Shown here piece by piece: positions 47,683-56,866 of a stretch of 64,000 bases of DNA. Positions within the stretch are counted from its first letter, which is position 1. The number at the start of each line of letters is the position of its first letter. Origin of the DNA: Escherichia phage vB_EcoM_005; the sequence record MK295203; one strand, 5' to 3'. Below the pieces are notes generated by a model. That model had not been told where the DNA came from, searched no databases, and saw only the letters and a program-made list of their open reading frames with translations. Made by a program: the position numbers and the translations under genes.

Positions 47683-49356
47683 ATGAAAAAGGTTGTTATT
47701 TTAGGCGCAGGTCTTGGCTCACGGTTGTATCCAATTACTAACGAAATCCCGAAGGTATTGGTTAACTACAAACAACATACAGTACTAAAACATTTATATG
47801 ATTTGTATAGTAACCAATCAGATGAAATTATTCTGGTTATTCACAGCAAATTTAACGACCTCGTTAAAGGCTATATTAAATCCATTAACATGATTAATAG
47901 TGATAAGCCTAAATTCACTATTCGTAACGTAGATGTGGCCAATGGTTCAGCTCATGCTATCGATTGCATTGCTGAAGATATCATTGGCCATAACGTCCTG
48001 TTTAACTGGTGTGACATCATTCCTGAGGGTCATAAAGTTGAGTGGGATAACGACTACTGTTATACCTACGGGACTGACTGTCGTTTTACATTTGAAGAAC
48101 CGTACTTGCGTGAAATTGGTACTGGCGGTGGCGTGGTTGGTTTGTATCAGGTGGCTAATTGGACAGGTTTCGACCGTTCTAATTATGGTGAAGACCTTGC
48201 CGATAACCTAGATTCAATGGTCTATTTGACTGAACGTAAGCTAGACTTTGTAGTTGATGTCGGTGACAAATTGAAACTGGCTAAGGCCCATGAAGAATCC
48301 GAAATTAACCGTGAATTTAATAAATTAGAGTTCACTGAGAATCTGGCTATTAAAGTACCAACTAACGAATTAGGTAAAGAAATCCAATCTAAAGAAATCA
48401 ATTGGTATAATTCTATTGATTCTGAATTTGTTCCGAGCATTGTAGACTTTGCTCCAGGCGAATTCATTAAAATGGAACGTATCTTTGGTCGCACCATGGC
48501 AGATGCCTACCGGTTTATGTCTAAAGAAACTAAAGTCCTCATGGTTTATAAGGTCATTAGTGCATTACGTTCATTCGGTGGAACTATCGATAACCCATCT
48601 GATGAGCAATGGTATTCCGATGTTAAGAAAGAAGTATTGGACAAGGTCCTGATTCGTAATGCTTCTATTGCCGGATTGATTGAAGGCTTTGCTCCACAGG
48701 GTATTACCCATGTCAATGACTTTAAGGTAGGCGACCCTGAAAAACTTCTTCGTCATGCACTAGAAATTCTGTCTGAACATAAAGAACCGTACCAACTTAT
48801 TCATGGCGACCCGCACTACAGTAATATTATGTTGTCTGACGAAGGTGATATTAAAATCATCGACCCACGTGGTTATTTTGGTAATAGTTCTAAAGGCCCT
48901 GCGATTTATGATGAAGCTAAGGTGCTTTATTCTATCGATGGTTATGACAAATTTAACTCTGACCCTCTATGGGGTGGCTTAACCCGTAACGGAACTCGTG
49001 TATTCGTTGATATTGAAAAGGTCATGCCTTTAGACGATATTCCGATGTGTACATTTAAGCACAAGCTCTGGATTGCTGTTATCTGGATGGCATTGGCAGG
49101 TTACTTTAAAAATAACCCTCTGAAAGCTCTGGGTGCTTATTACAATGGGCTATATCAACTGAGCGTGCTGCTGAAGCGGCATCCTCGTAAGCGTAAGCTT
49201 ATCACAGGTGAATTTGTCGATGAAGTTCGTGACCCTATTACGGCTCAAATTATCACTCGTTGTCCTGATAAGTGGGTTTTGCTTGACCAAGAAACTGGTG
49301 TAAAATATAAACCTACAGGTTCTACTGAACTCCACAAACAATGGAAGAAAATTTAA
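47683..49356 (+). CDS. bifunctional sugar/alcohol-1-phosphate nucleotidyltransferase + kinase (LicC/LicA- or MurU/AmgK-like fusion)
   Basis: N-terminal VILGAGLGSRLYPITNEIPKVLV (nucleotidyltransferase G-x-G-x-R-L loop); C-terminal HGDPHYSNIML and IKIIDPRGYFG (protein-kinase-like HGD...N and IDxE/D motifs of choline/aminoglycoside-type kinases). Confidence 0.7.
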   Translation: MKKVVILGAGLGSRLYPITNEIPKVLVNYKQHTVLKHLYDLYSNQSDEIILVIHSKFNDLVKGYIKSINMINSDKPKFTIRNVDVANGSAHAIDCIAEDIIGHNVLFNWCDIIPEGHKVEWDNDYCYTYGTDCRFTFEEPYLREIGTGGGVVGLYQVANWTGFDRSNYGEDLADNLDSMVYLTERKLDFVVDVGDKLKLAKAHEESEINREFNKLEFTENLAIKVPTNELGKEIQSKEINWYNSIDSEFVPSIVDFAPGEFIKMERIFGRTMADAYRFMSKETKVLMVYKVISALRSFGGTIDNPSDEQWYSDVKKEVLDKVLIRNASIAGLIEGFAPQGITHVNDFKVGDPEKLLRHALEILSEHKEPYQLIHGDPHYSNIMLSDEGDIKIIDPRGYFGNSSKGPAIYDEAKVLYSIDGYDKFNSDPLWGGLTRNGTRVFVDIEKVMPLDDIPMCTFKHKLWIAVIWMALAGYFKNNPLKALGAYYNGLYQLSVLLKRHPRKRKLITGEFVDEVRDPITAQIITRCPDKWVLLDQETGVKYKPTGSTELHKQWKKI

Positions 49357-49739
49357 TGTCGCATCGAGTAGAAAATAAGCCCCATTTATGTTTTGACATC
49401 GATAATACAATCACGGTTTGGAACCATGACCGTGATTACGAAAACTTTAAACCGGACACCGAAATGGTGTCCATGATTAATAAGCTTTATGATGAAGGGT
49501 ACGAGATTACATTGTTCACTGCTCGTGGTATGACTTCATGTGGCCCTGGTCGAATCTTGGTTGAAGTAGTTCCTGCATTGGTTAAGAACCTTGAAAAGAT
49601 TGGATTGAAATATCATAATCTGCTTACACATAAGCCGAGTTATACTTTTATCATCGATGACCGAGCAATCCGTCCTGACCACTTTAAAGAAATGGTTCGT
49701 GAAGGAACTCTTGAAACCTATAAGGCATATCATCCATGA
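49356..49739 (+). CDS. HAD-superfamily phosphatase
   Basis: motif I FDIDNTIT (DxDxT), motif II TLFTARG; 127 aa; TAATG overlap with upstream gene. Confidence 0.6.
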   Translation: MSHRVENKPHLCFDIDNTITVWNHDRDYENFKPDTEMVSMINKLYDEGYEITLFTARGMTSCGPGRILVEVVPALVKNLEKIGLKYHNLLTHKPSYTFIIDDRAIRPDHFKEMVREGTLETYKAYHP

Positions 49740-50272
49740 AACCAAAAATCATTGTTATCGACGGCCCGGATAATTCCGGGAAGTCCACTTTAATTGAATC
49801 ACTTTTATCTGATAAGAAATATCGTCTTATTGATTTTCCTAAAAAGATTAACGGTAAATGCATTTCATTAGGGACCGATAATGACAAGGCTTTAGTCGAG
49901 ACGTTGTATAAGTTTTTAGACCCTAATTTTGTCTACATCTTAGACCGTGGGTATCCTAGTAATATTGTTTACTCGGGATTCCTTCGTGGTGAAATGGACC
50001 CTTATGTAGAACTGGAAGATTGGAAAGGGTTTAAATCTGAATTCAATATTATTGAGGTTATTTTAACCCGTAACCCATTAGATGAAGACTTCGAAGATGA
50101 CCTTATTAAATTAACCAAAGATGAGTTCAACCTAACTATCCGGCAGTATGAAACATGTTTTGAAAACGTGTTTAAAATCTTAAATCACGACGGCCATAAT
50201 AATTTGCTTAATGTTGATATGGTAGAATTAAAACGTCTGAATGAATATATTGAAAATAAGGTGAATAAATGA
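49736..50272 (+). CDS. P-loop kinase (thymidylate/deoxynucleoside kinase-like)
   Basis: Walker A IVIDGPDNSGKST, downstream DRGYPS; 178 aa. Confidence 0.55.
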   Translation: MKPKIIVIDGPDNSGKSTLIESLLSDKKYRLIDFPKKINGKCISLGTDNDKALVETLYKFLDPNFVYILDRGYPSNIVYSGFLRGEMDPYVELEDWKGFKSEFNIIEVILTRNPLDEDFEDDLIKLTKDEFNLTIRQYETCFENVFKILNHDGHNNLLNVDMVELKRLNEYIENKVNK

Positions 50273-50967
50273 AACACATTACCGCTGTTAGTTTTGAAAA
50301 CGCGTTTAAGCAAATGAACGAAGAAATCCTGGAAGCTCCACAGTTTGCAGTTGATTCTCGTATCGGCCGTTGTTATGAAATTGGTTCTGCTTCGGTAGAA
50401 GTACTGGATGCAAGCACCTATAAATTCACCGACCCTCGTATTAATCGTATCAACTATGATTATGCCGAATCTTTCTGGAAATTTATGATTTCTGGTGGTA
50501 CTGATGCCGCCGAAGCATTTAAGGAATACCCTAATGTTGCTAAGTTCATTGATAAGCCGAAAAGTGACGTATTGCCTGCAAACTTCAACACTTTCTATGG
50601 ACCTCGAATTGTGGCCCAACTCCCAGCCCTACTTAAAGAGCTTAAAGAAAAGCCTAACTCGAGACGAGTTGTGTTCCAAATTCTCCAAGAACAAGACCAA
50701 GCTCTCCTTGATTCTGACGAATCCTTAGAATATCCGTGTACCGATTCGGTAACATATTATATTCGTGATGGACGTCTGTATGCACACACTCATATGCGTT
50801 CACAGAACTGTGCTATCGTTATGCAGCTGGATTTCTATCTGCAGGGTAAACTGATGGCCTTTATTGCTGAACAGTGTGGTGTTGGTCTGGGTACGTATTC
50901 CCATACTATGGTTAGTGCACACGTGTTTGAACGTGATTTTGACTACGTTCGAGGATTCCTGAAATGA
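50269..50967 (+). CDS. 42: dCMP hydroxymethylase (gene 42; thymidylate-synthase fold)
   Basis: active-site region EYPCTDSVTYYIRDGRLYAHTHMRSQN aligns with recalled T4 gp42 MCTNTVQYLIRDKKINAVVNMRSND; Cys followed by Thr rather than TS-type PCH. Confidence 0.75.
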   Translation: MKHITAVSFENAFKQMNEEILEAPQFAVDSRIGRCYEIGSASVEVLDASTYKFTDPRINRINYDYAESFWKFMISGGTDAAEAFKEYPNVAKFIDKPKSDVLPANFNTFYGPRIVAQLPALLKELKEKPNSRRVVFQILQEQDQALLDSDESLEYPCTDSVTYYIRDGRLYAHTHMRSQNCAIVMQLDFYLQGKLMAFIAEQCGVGLGTYSHTMVSAHVFERDFDYVRGFLK

Positions 50968-51758
50968 GTCTGTTTATCGTTCCTATTTTCAGTATGCGTA
51001 GTTACGAAACAGGTGAATATGCCGTCCTTAAGGACGGTAATTTTCAACTCCATTTAAACCGTGCTCGCCCAGGTGATTATCTGGCTTATCCTAGAAATTC
51101 GAGCGATATCAAAGAATGTATTGAATTGTTTCCTGAACTGAATTTTGTGCCACTTTGGTATAAAGAAAATGCTTATGAAACTCGTAAACATTTTTGGTCT
51201 GAAAATGAGTTCGTCGTTGATTCATTAATTGAATACTATGACTGTTCAGGCTTAGTAACCGATATCACAGGTTATGATGGCACTCAGACTGTACAATTCA
51301 ACTTTAACATTACAATGGACCCTGAAGTTCCTCGTTATTATATCGATGAGTTTATTGATATCGACGTGTCTTCAGTTGAACGTTCGATTTATACTACAGT
51401 CCTGAATCAATGCCAGAAAGACGTCCTGGTGTCACGAGGTGCGTCCTCTGATAAGATTTTTGTAGACCAAAAGGTAATTAATCCCGCAGTAATTGAGCGT
51501 TACTCTGAAGGTCTAGCGCCTATTAAAATTGATGGTATTTTCCATCCATTCCGTATCTCAGATAAATGCTACCAATTCGAAAGAGTTGTAGACCAAGCTG
51601 CGGCCGTATATTATCAGATTCTGAAATCAAGACCTCATATCATTTATCATGAGAATCCTGGTTTAGTATTCCATCCTGGTCTGGCTGAATTCATTTATTT
51701 CGGTGCCCACATCCATTCTGAGCACGAAATGCCAAGTTATGAGGACGTAGTATGCTAG
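50964..51758 (+). CDS. hypothetical protein in the position of T4 beta-glucosyltransferase; candidate DNA sugar transferase
   Basis: 264 aa between gene 42 and uvsX; no similarity to recalled T4 b-gt; acidic DID motif. Confidence 0.4.
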   Translation: MSLFIVPIFSMRSYETGEYAVLKDGNFQLHLNRARPGDYLAYPRNSSDIKECIELFPELNFVPLWYKENAYETRKHFWSENEFVVDSLIEYYDCSGLVTDITGYDGTQTVQFNFNITMDPEVPRYYIDEFIDIDVSSVERSIYTTVLNQCQKDVLVSRGASSDKIFVDQKVINPAVIERYSEGLAPIKIDGIFHPFRISDKCYQFERVVDQAAAVYYQILKSRPHIIYHENPGLVFHPGLAEFIYFGAHIHSEHEMPSYEDVVC

Positions 51759-51883
51759 GTCCTTTATTGCTTTTTATAATTTTGTTATTATTCTCTTTCG
51801 GAGCCTTGTTATTATTATGCTGGCTCGAGAAACGAGAAGTCCGGAAGATAGTCGATAAGGCTATCAACCGAGGAATAAAATAA
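51752..51883 (+). CDS. small membrane protein, hypothetical
   Basis: 43-aa ORF MLGPLLLFIILLLFSFGALLLLCW... below track threshold. Confidence 0.3.
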   Translation: MLGPLLLFIILLLFSFGALLLLCWLEKREVRKIVDKAINRGIK

Positions 51884-51960
51884 CGCTGTAAATGTGAAGT
51901 GATATAATTACCCTATCTTAAAACGTGAGTAAAATATAATGGTGCCTATGGAAAAATATA

Positions 51961-53133
51961 ATGTCCGATTTAAAATCCCGTTTGATTAAAGCTTCTACTT
52001 CTAAAATGACTGCCGACCTGACCAAATCTAAATTGTTTAATGGTCGTGACGAAGTTCCTACTCGTATCCCTATGCTGAATATTGCATTAGGTGGTGCGTT
52101 GAATGCAGGCTTACAATCAGGTTTGACAATCTTTGCTGCTCCATCTAAACACTTTAAAACGTTGTTTGGACTTACCATGGTTGCGGCATATATGAAGAAA
52201 TATCCAGACGCAATTTGTTTGTTCTATGACTCTGAGTTCGGTGCTTCAGAATCTTATTTCCGTTCGATGGGTGTTGATTTGGAACGTGTGGTTCATACAC
52301 CAATCCAGTCGGTCGAACAGCTTAAAGTTGATATGACTAACCAGTTAGAAGAAATTACTCGTGGCGAAAAGGTTATTATCTTTATCGACTCCATTGGTAA
52401 TACTGCTTCTAAGAAAGAAACCGAAGATGCTTTGAACGAGAAAGTTGTAGGTGATATGACTCGTGCTAAGTCACTGAAATCTCTGTTCCGTATCGTAACA
52501 CCTTATCTGACCATCAAGGATATCCCTTGTGTAGCAATTAACCACACTGCTATGGAAATTGGTGGAATGTATCCTAAAGAGATTATGGGTGGCGGTACTG
52601 GTATTCTGTACTCTGCTTCTACCGTGTTCTTTATCTCTAAACGTCAGGTTAAAGATGGTACTGAGCTCACTGGTTATGACTTCACACTGAAGGCTGAGAA
52701 ATCTCGTACGGTTAAAGAGAAGTCAACGTTCCCTATCACCGTTAACTTCGAAGGTGGCATTGACCCGTTTAGTGGATTGCTTGAAATGGCTACTGATATC
52801 GGCTTTGTCGTGAAACCTAAAGCAGGTTGGTATAATCGTGCATTCCTTGACGAAACCACGGGTGAAATGGTTCAAGAAGAAAAAGCATGGCGTGCTAAAG
52901 CTACCGATTGTGTTGAGTTCTGGGGACCGCTGTTTAAACATGCTCCGTTCCGTGAAGCAATCGAGAATAAGTATAAGCTTGGTGCAATTAATTCTATTAA
53001 AGAAGTTGACGATGCAGTGAACGACCTTATTAACTCTCGTGTCTCTAAGAACGTTGCTGTTAAATTAGGTGGAAATACCCAAAGCGCCGCTGATATCGAA
53101 AACGATTTAGAAGAGATGGATTTAGATGACTGA
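51961..53133 (+). CDS. uvsX: recombinase UvsX (RecA-like)
   Basis: MSDLKSRLIKASTSKMTADLTKSKLFN...IPMLNIALGG; Walker A-like GLTIFAAPSKHFKT; 390 aa. Confidence 0.95.
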   Translation: MSDLKSRLIKASTSKMTADLTKSKLFNGRDEVPTRIPMLNIALGGALNAGLQSGLTIFAAPSKHFKTLFGLTMVAAYMKKYPDAICLFYDSEFGASESYFRSMGVDLERVVHTPIQSVEQLKVDMTNQLEEITRGEKVIIFIDSIGNTASKKETEDALNEKVVGDMTRAKSLKSLFRIVTPYLTIKDIPCVAINHTAMEIGGMYPKEIMGGGTGILYSASTVFFISKRQVKDGTELTGYDFTLKAEKSRTVKEKSTFPITVNFEGGIDPFSGLLEMATDIGFVVKPKAGWYNRAFLDETTGEMVQEEKAWRAKATDCVEFWGPLFKHAPFREAIENKYKLGAINSIKEVDDAVNDLINSRVSKNVAVKLGGNTQSAADIENDLEEMDLDD

Positions 53134-53455
53134 TTTATCTGATTTAGATAATTTCGTTAAAGATACCGAAGAGGGTCCTAGTGACCCTCGGTATTATGAG
53201 AAATCATTAGATATAATCCGTAAGTCAATGGGTTCTGTTAAGCAGGAAATTATGCTTACTTTACCCGATGGCACTGCTCACATCGTTTATGTGATGAATA
53301 TTGTTATTGAGAAAGATGGAAAAGTGTCGGTTGATTTCGGAACACCTTCCGAAGACCGAAAAGAAGAGCTAGCGCTTCATGTAGAAAAATGTGTTACAAT
53401 GCAAATACAAGAAGAACTGGATAAAATTAAATCTAAGAGGTGGTGGAAATGGTAG
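53126..53455 (+). CDS. 40: gp40-like head vertex assembly protein (synteny)
   Basis: 109-aa ORF between uvsX and 41. Confidence 0.5.
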   Translation: MTDLSDLDNFVKDTEEGPSDPRYYEKSLDIIRKSMGSVKQEIMLTLPDGTAHIVYVMNIVIEKDGKVSVDFGTPSEDRKEELALHVEKCVTMQIQEELDKIKSKRWWKW

Positions 53456-54881
53456 AAACTATTTTGGCTCAACTGCTAGGCAATAGTGATTATTTCACTA
53501 AGGTCTGGCCTTATATGAATGATTCTTATTTTGACCAGGGTCCTGCAAAGACCCTTTTCAAAGAAATTAAAAAACACGTCAATGAATATAATGCAGTGCC
53601 TTCTAAGAACGCATTGAGCATTGCATTAGATAACAGTACGCTTTCAGAAGTTGAACATCAGGGCGCTAAAGAGCTTTTAAGTTCACTGAATGCCGGACCT
53701 GAAGACCAAGAATGGTTGGTTAAAGAGACGGAGAAATACGTTCAGAAAGCAGCGATGTATAATGCAACTTCAAAAATCATTGAAATCCAAACTAATGCCG
53801 ACCTTCCGGTTGAGCAACAAAATAGAAAACTTCCAGGTATTGGTGCTATTCCTGGATATCATGCGTGATGCATTATCGATTTGTTTCGATTCTGAATTAG
53901 GTCATGACTGGATGGATGACTATGAAGAACGATTCAAAAGTTATTCCGATAAAGCACGTAAGGTTCCGTTCCGTCTTAATATTCTGAATAAGATTACCAA
54001 GGGTGGTGCCGAGTTTGGTTACTGAAAACGTATTGTTGGCAGGAACAAACGTAGGTAAGTCTCTTGGCCTGTGTTCATTGGCTGCTGATTACCTTCAATC
54101 AGGTTACGATGTTCTTTATATCTCCATGGAGATGGCAGAGGAAGTATGTGCTAAGCGTATAGATGCCAACCTTCTGGATGTATCGCTGGATGATATCGAT
54201 GATGGTCATGTCTCTTGGCCTGAATATAAAGCTAAGATGGATAAATGGCGTTCAACTGCTACCTTAGGTCGTTTAAAGATTAAACAGTATCCTACTGGTG
54301 GTGCTAATGCCGATACCTTCCGTGCATTATTAAACGAATACAAGCTCAAACAAAACTTTGTGCCGCAGGTCGTTATCGTCGACTACTTGGCCATTTGTGC
54401 ATCGTCTCGTACTAAAGTTTTCTCTGAAAACAGTTACGGATTGATTAAGATGGTAGCCGAAGAACTACGTGGACTGGCAGTAGAGAAGAAATTATTGTTG
54501 TGGACAGCAGCCCAGACTACTCGTGGTGCGAACGTTGCGGCCGAAATCGATATGGCTGATATTGCTGAATCATTTGGTATTGCACATACTGCAGACTTCA
54601 TGTTAGGTGTGGTCGAGACAGAAGAGTTTGCTCAGATGGGTATGCAAATGGTTAAGCAGCTTAAATCTCGTTACGGCGATAAGAGCTACTACAACAAATT
54701 TAAGATTGGCGTTAAGAAAGGAAACCAACGTTGGTATGAAGTTGAAGACGATTCCAACCCAGGCCCGGTGAACACTGTTCGTGAGGCTACAGGTGAGATG
54801 AATCGTCAAGCCGAGGTCAATCGTCAGACGCGTGTTAATAGAAGTGATTTAGACGATTTAGCAGCATCTATCAAATTTTAA
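53440..54881 (+). pseudogene. 41: replicative helicase gp41 (DnaB-like), split across three frames by two +1 shifts
   Basis: segments 53440-53868, 53870-54025 and 54003-54881 each align with consecutive parts of recalled T4 gp41 (..GAIP|DIMR.. and ..GGAE|TG.. junctions); Walker A GTNVGKS in third segment. Confidence 0.85.
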
Positions 54882-54902
54882 GGAGCTTCGGCTCCTTTTT
54901 TG
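54881..54902 (+). terminator. rho-independent terminator
   Basis: aggagcttcggctcct + TTTTT. Confidence 0.8.
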
Positions 54903-54910
54903 TTTTAAGG

Positions 54911-54939
54911 GTTTACATCTCCTATAGGCATGATACTAT
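54911..54939 (+). promoter_or_regulatory. T4-type early promoter
   Basis: GTTTACatctcctataggcatgaTACTATagacctatcaa. Confidence 0.7.
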
Positions 54940-54963
54940 AGACCTATCAACTTGGAGAACAAA

Positions 54964-55281
54964 ATGAAAACCATCGATTGCAAAGCAGAACATAAAGTGT
55001 ATTACCATGGAAGTTGTAGTGTTGCTAATATCGGTAATATGCTTTGTCCTCCTGAGGAAACAGGAGTTCTGTCTGAAACCGGTCGTAAGAAAAACCTAAA
55101 TCGTGTGTTCTTTACTGAAGATATCGGTTTGGCTAAGATTTATGCAGGACGCGCAGCTCGTTCAGTGGGAGGAGAACCTCGTCTTTATCGTGTAATTGCT
55201 CCGGTAGATGTGGTTTGTTTAAATGATACTAAAGGCGCCACAGTTTATCATGCTGAATGGGCCTTCTGTGAGGAAATCTAA
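54964..55281 (+). CDS. hypothetical protein
   Basis: 105 aa, SD ggaga. Confidence 0.5.
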   Translation: MKTIDCKAEHKVYYHGSCSVANIGNMLCPPEETGVLSETGRKKNLNRVFFTEDIGLAKIYAGRAARSVGGEPRLYRVIAPVDVVCLNDTKGATVYHAEWAFCEEI

Positions 55282-55476
55282 ATGCCCGAATCAATTAAAG
55301 TAAAATTTGTCGGCCATTTCGCCAACGGTGATACTGCTACCAAAGAAGTTTCAGTACGTGAAAATGATATTGTGTGGGTGGCCACTCAATTCGCTGAAGT
55401 CAATGGCATTCTAGTCAAGGCCTACGTCGACGACGTAGAAGTTTATGAACACGATGCTCGCATTGAGGAAATCTAA
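55282..55476 (+). CDS. dmd: Dmd-like antitoxin (inhibitor of RnlA/LsoA)
   Basis: 64 aa; VWVATQFAEVNGILVKAYVDDVEV resembles recalled T4 Dmd core; position right after gene 41. Confidence 0.55.
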   Translation: MPESIKVKFVGHFANGDTATKEVSVRENDIVWVATQFAEVNGILVKAYVDDVEVYEHDARIEEI

Positions 55477-55617
55477 ATGGAAGAATTTGAATGTGTAGTA
55501 TGTGGCTGTTCAGTCTATGAAGACCAAGCGGTATTTGATGCTTGGGATAACGCAACCTGTTTAGACTGTGACGGCGAATTCGAAGAAATTGCCCATAAAC
55601 ATGAAGGTGAGGAATAA
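55477..55617 (+). CDS. small zinc-ribbon protein
   Basis: 46-aa ORF with CVVCGC...CLDCDG. Confidence 0.35.
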   Translation: MEEFECVVCGCSVYEDQAVFDAWDNATCLDCDGEFEEIAHKHEGEE

Positions 55618-55857
55618 ATGAATATTACCTTAATGAAACCAACTCCCAGTTCTTTTTGGAACAAATCTTTTGGTAAGCATAATATGTTTATCCAACGTAC
55701 TGTAAGCAACTGGGAACTGGTTCTTTCAGTCGGTCACAACGATTATGAACAAGAATACGTAGAGTTCTTCGAATTTCCTGTGAAGCCTACTAAGCGTCAG
55801 ATTCGTCAGACAAAACGTAAATTCCGTAAAATTTATTTGGAAGATTCGTTAAAATAA
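55618..55857 (+). CDS. hypothetical protein (KPTKRQIRQ tail; paralog of 56645-56866)
   Basis: 79 aa. Confidence 0.45.
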   Translation: MNITLMKPTPSSFWNKSFGKHNMFIQRTVSNWELVLSVGHNDYEQEYVEFFEFPVKPTKRQIRQTKRKFRKIYLEDSLK

Positions 55858-55858
55858 A

Positions 55859-55888
55859 GTTTACAACGGTCTATGGTAGTGATACTAT
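55859..55888 (+). promoter_or_regulatory. T4-type early promoter
   Basis: GTTTACaacggtctatggtagtgaTACTATagacctatcaa. Confidence 0.7.
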
Positions 55889-55916
55889 AGACCTATCAAC
55901 TAACGAGGAGTTAAAA

Positions 55917-56210
55917 ATGAAAAAGTTATTAATCGCAGCAATCCTTACAGTAGCATCATGTGGCACGGCTCCAGTAACTGCCGGATTGGATAAAGACCTT
56001 TGTGAATGGTCTATGACTGCAGACCAAGAATCGGTTGAACATCAGATTTATGCCGATATCATGAACATCACTAAACGCGACCGCCCTGATATGGCTAAAG
56101 AAGTGTCAGACCAATTAGCTTCAGGTGGTGTTATGCAATATAACTATGTTTTGTATTGCGATGCCAATTTCGATAACAAAAATATCGTTAAAGAGGTGAC
56201 AGATGAATAA
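55917..56210 (+). CDS. sp: Spackle (Sp) periplasmic protein, superinfection exclusion
   Basis: 97 aa, signal peptide ending ASCG; DKDLCEWSMTADQ...IMNI.KRDRP.M...SGGVMQYNYVLYCD.NF.NKNI matches recalled T4 Sp. Confidence 0.75.
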   Translation: MKKLLIAAILTVASCGTAPVTAGLDKDLCEWSMTADQESVEHQIYADIMNITKRDRPDMAKEVSDQLASGGVMQYNYVLYCDANFDNKNIVKEVTDE

Positions 56211-56643
56211 GATTAACAGAAATTTAGTTATCAAAAAACTTTGTTGTAAAAATCCAAATGCACAAGCATACAGGATGTTTTGGAGCGACGACCACCAATA
56301 CCTGGGTTATTTTCTTGTTGATAGTGATGATAGAATTACAATGGCCCATAAACTTCTTAACAGAGAATTAAACCATTGGCAAGAACTTATTGCGGTGAGG
56401 TCTAAATTATTTTCATGTAATGCAATGCATCAATTGGTTTATTTTTTCGCTGAAGGTATTCCTGACAAGGTTGAGTTTGATGGATTCGAATTTAAAGATA
56501 TCTTCCCGGACAACGAATTGAACGACTGCGTTAATATGGATATCCCTAGCAAGTACATCAAAAATAGTCTGTTGAAAATTCTGGAAGCCCCGGTTTATTC
56601 AATTGATGACCAAATTTTTAATGCTTTTATGAATCGAGGTTAA
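56203..56643 (+). CDS. hypothetical protein
   Basis: 146 aa. Confidence 0.5.
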   Translation: MNKINRNLVIKKLCCKNPNAQAYRMFWSDDHQYLGYFLVDSDDRITMAHKLLNRELNHWQELIAVRSKLFSCNAMHQLVYFFAEGIPDKVEFDGFEFKDIFPDNELNDCVNMDIPSKYIKNSLLKILEAPVYSIDDQIFNAFMNRG

Positions 56644-56644
56644 T

Positions 56645-56866
56645 ATGTTTGTCTTAACTCAATTCTCTAAAGCAGTGTATAGTTACTCTTGTCAATGGGA
56701 AGTCTTTATCGATTCTCCTTCACCTAAGTACGGTGTTTTTGGACGAGTAACTACTCAAGCTTATGTTGCACGGCCTACTAAGCGTCAGATTCGTAAACTT
56801 AAAAAGGCTCATCGCCAACTGATTAAAAGAAGGGAACAATATGAGTGCAATGTGTACGGGCTCTAA
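56645..56866 (+). CDS. hypothetical protein (RPTKRQIRK tail)
   Basis: 73 aa. Confidence 0.45.
   Translation: MFVLTQFSKAVYSYSCQWEVFIDSPSPKYGVFGRVTTQAYVARPTKRQIRKLKKAHRQLIKRREQYECNVYGL

Noticed and set aside
53850-54025. Programmed ribosomal frameshifting in gene 41
   Set aside because: Two independent shifts would be required, neither site has a slippery heptamer or downstream structure, and both look like single-base insertions extending a dinucleotide; sequencing or assembly error is more parsimonious.
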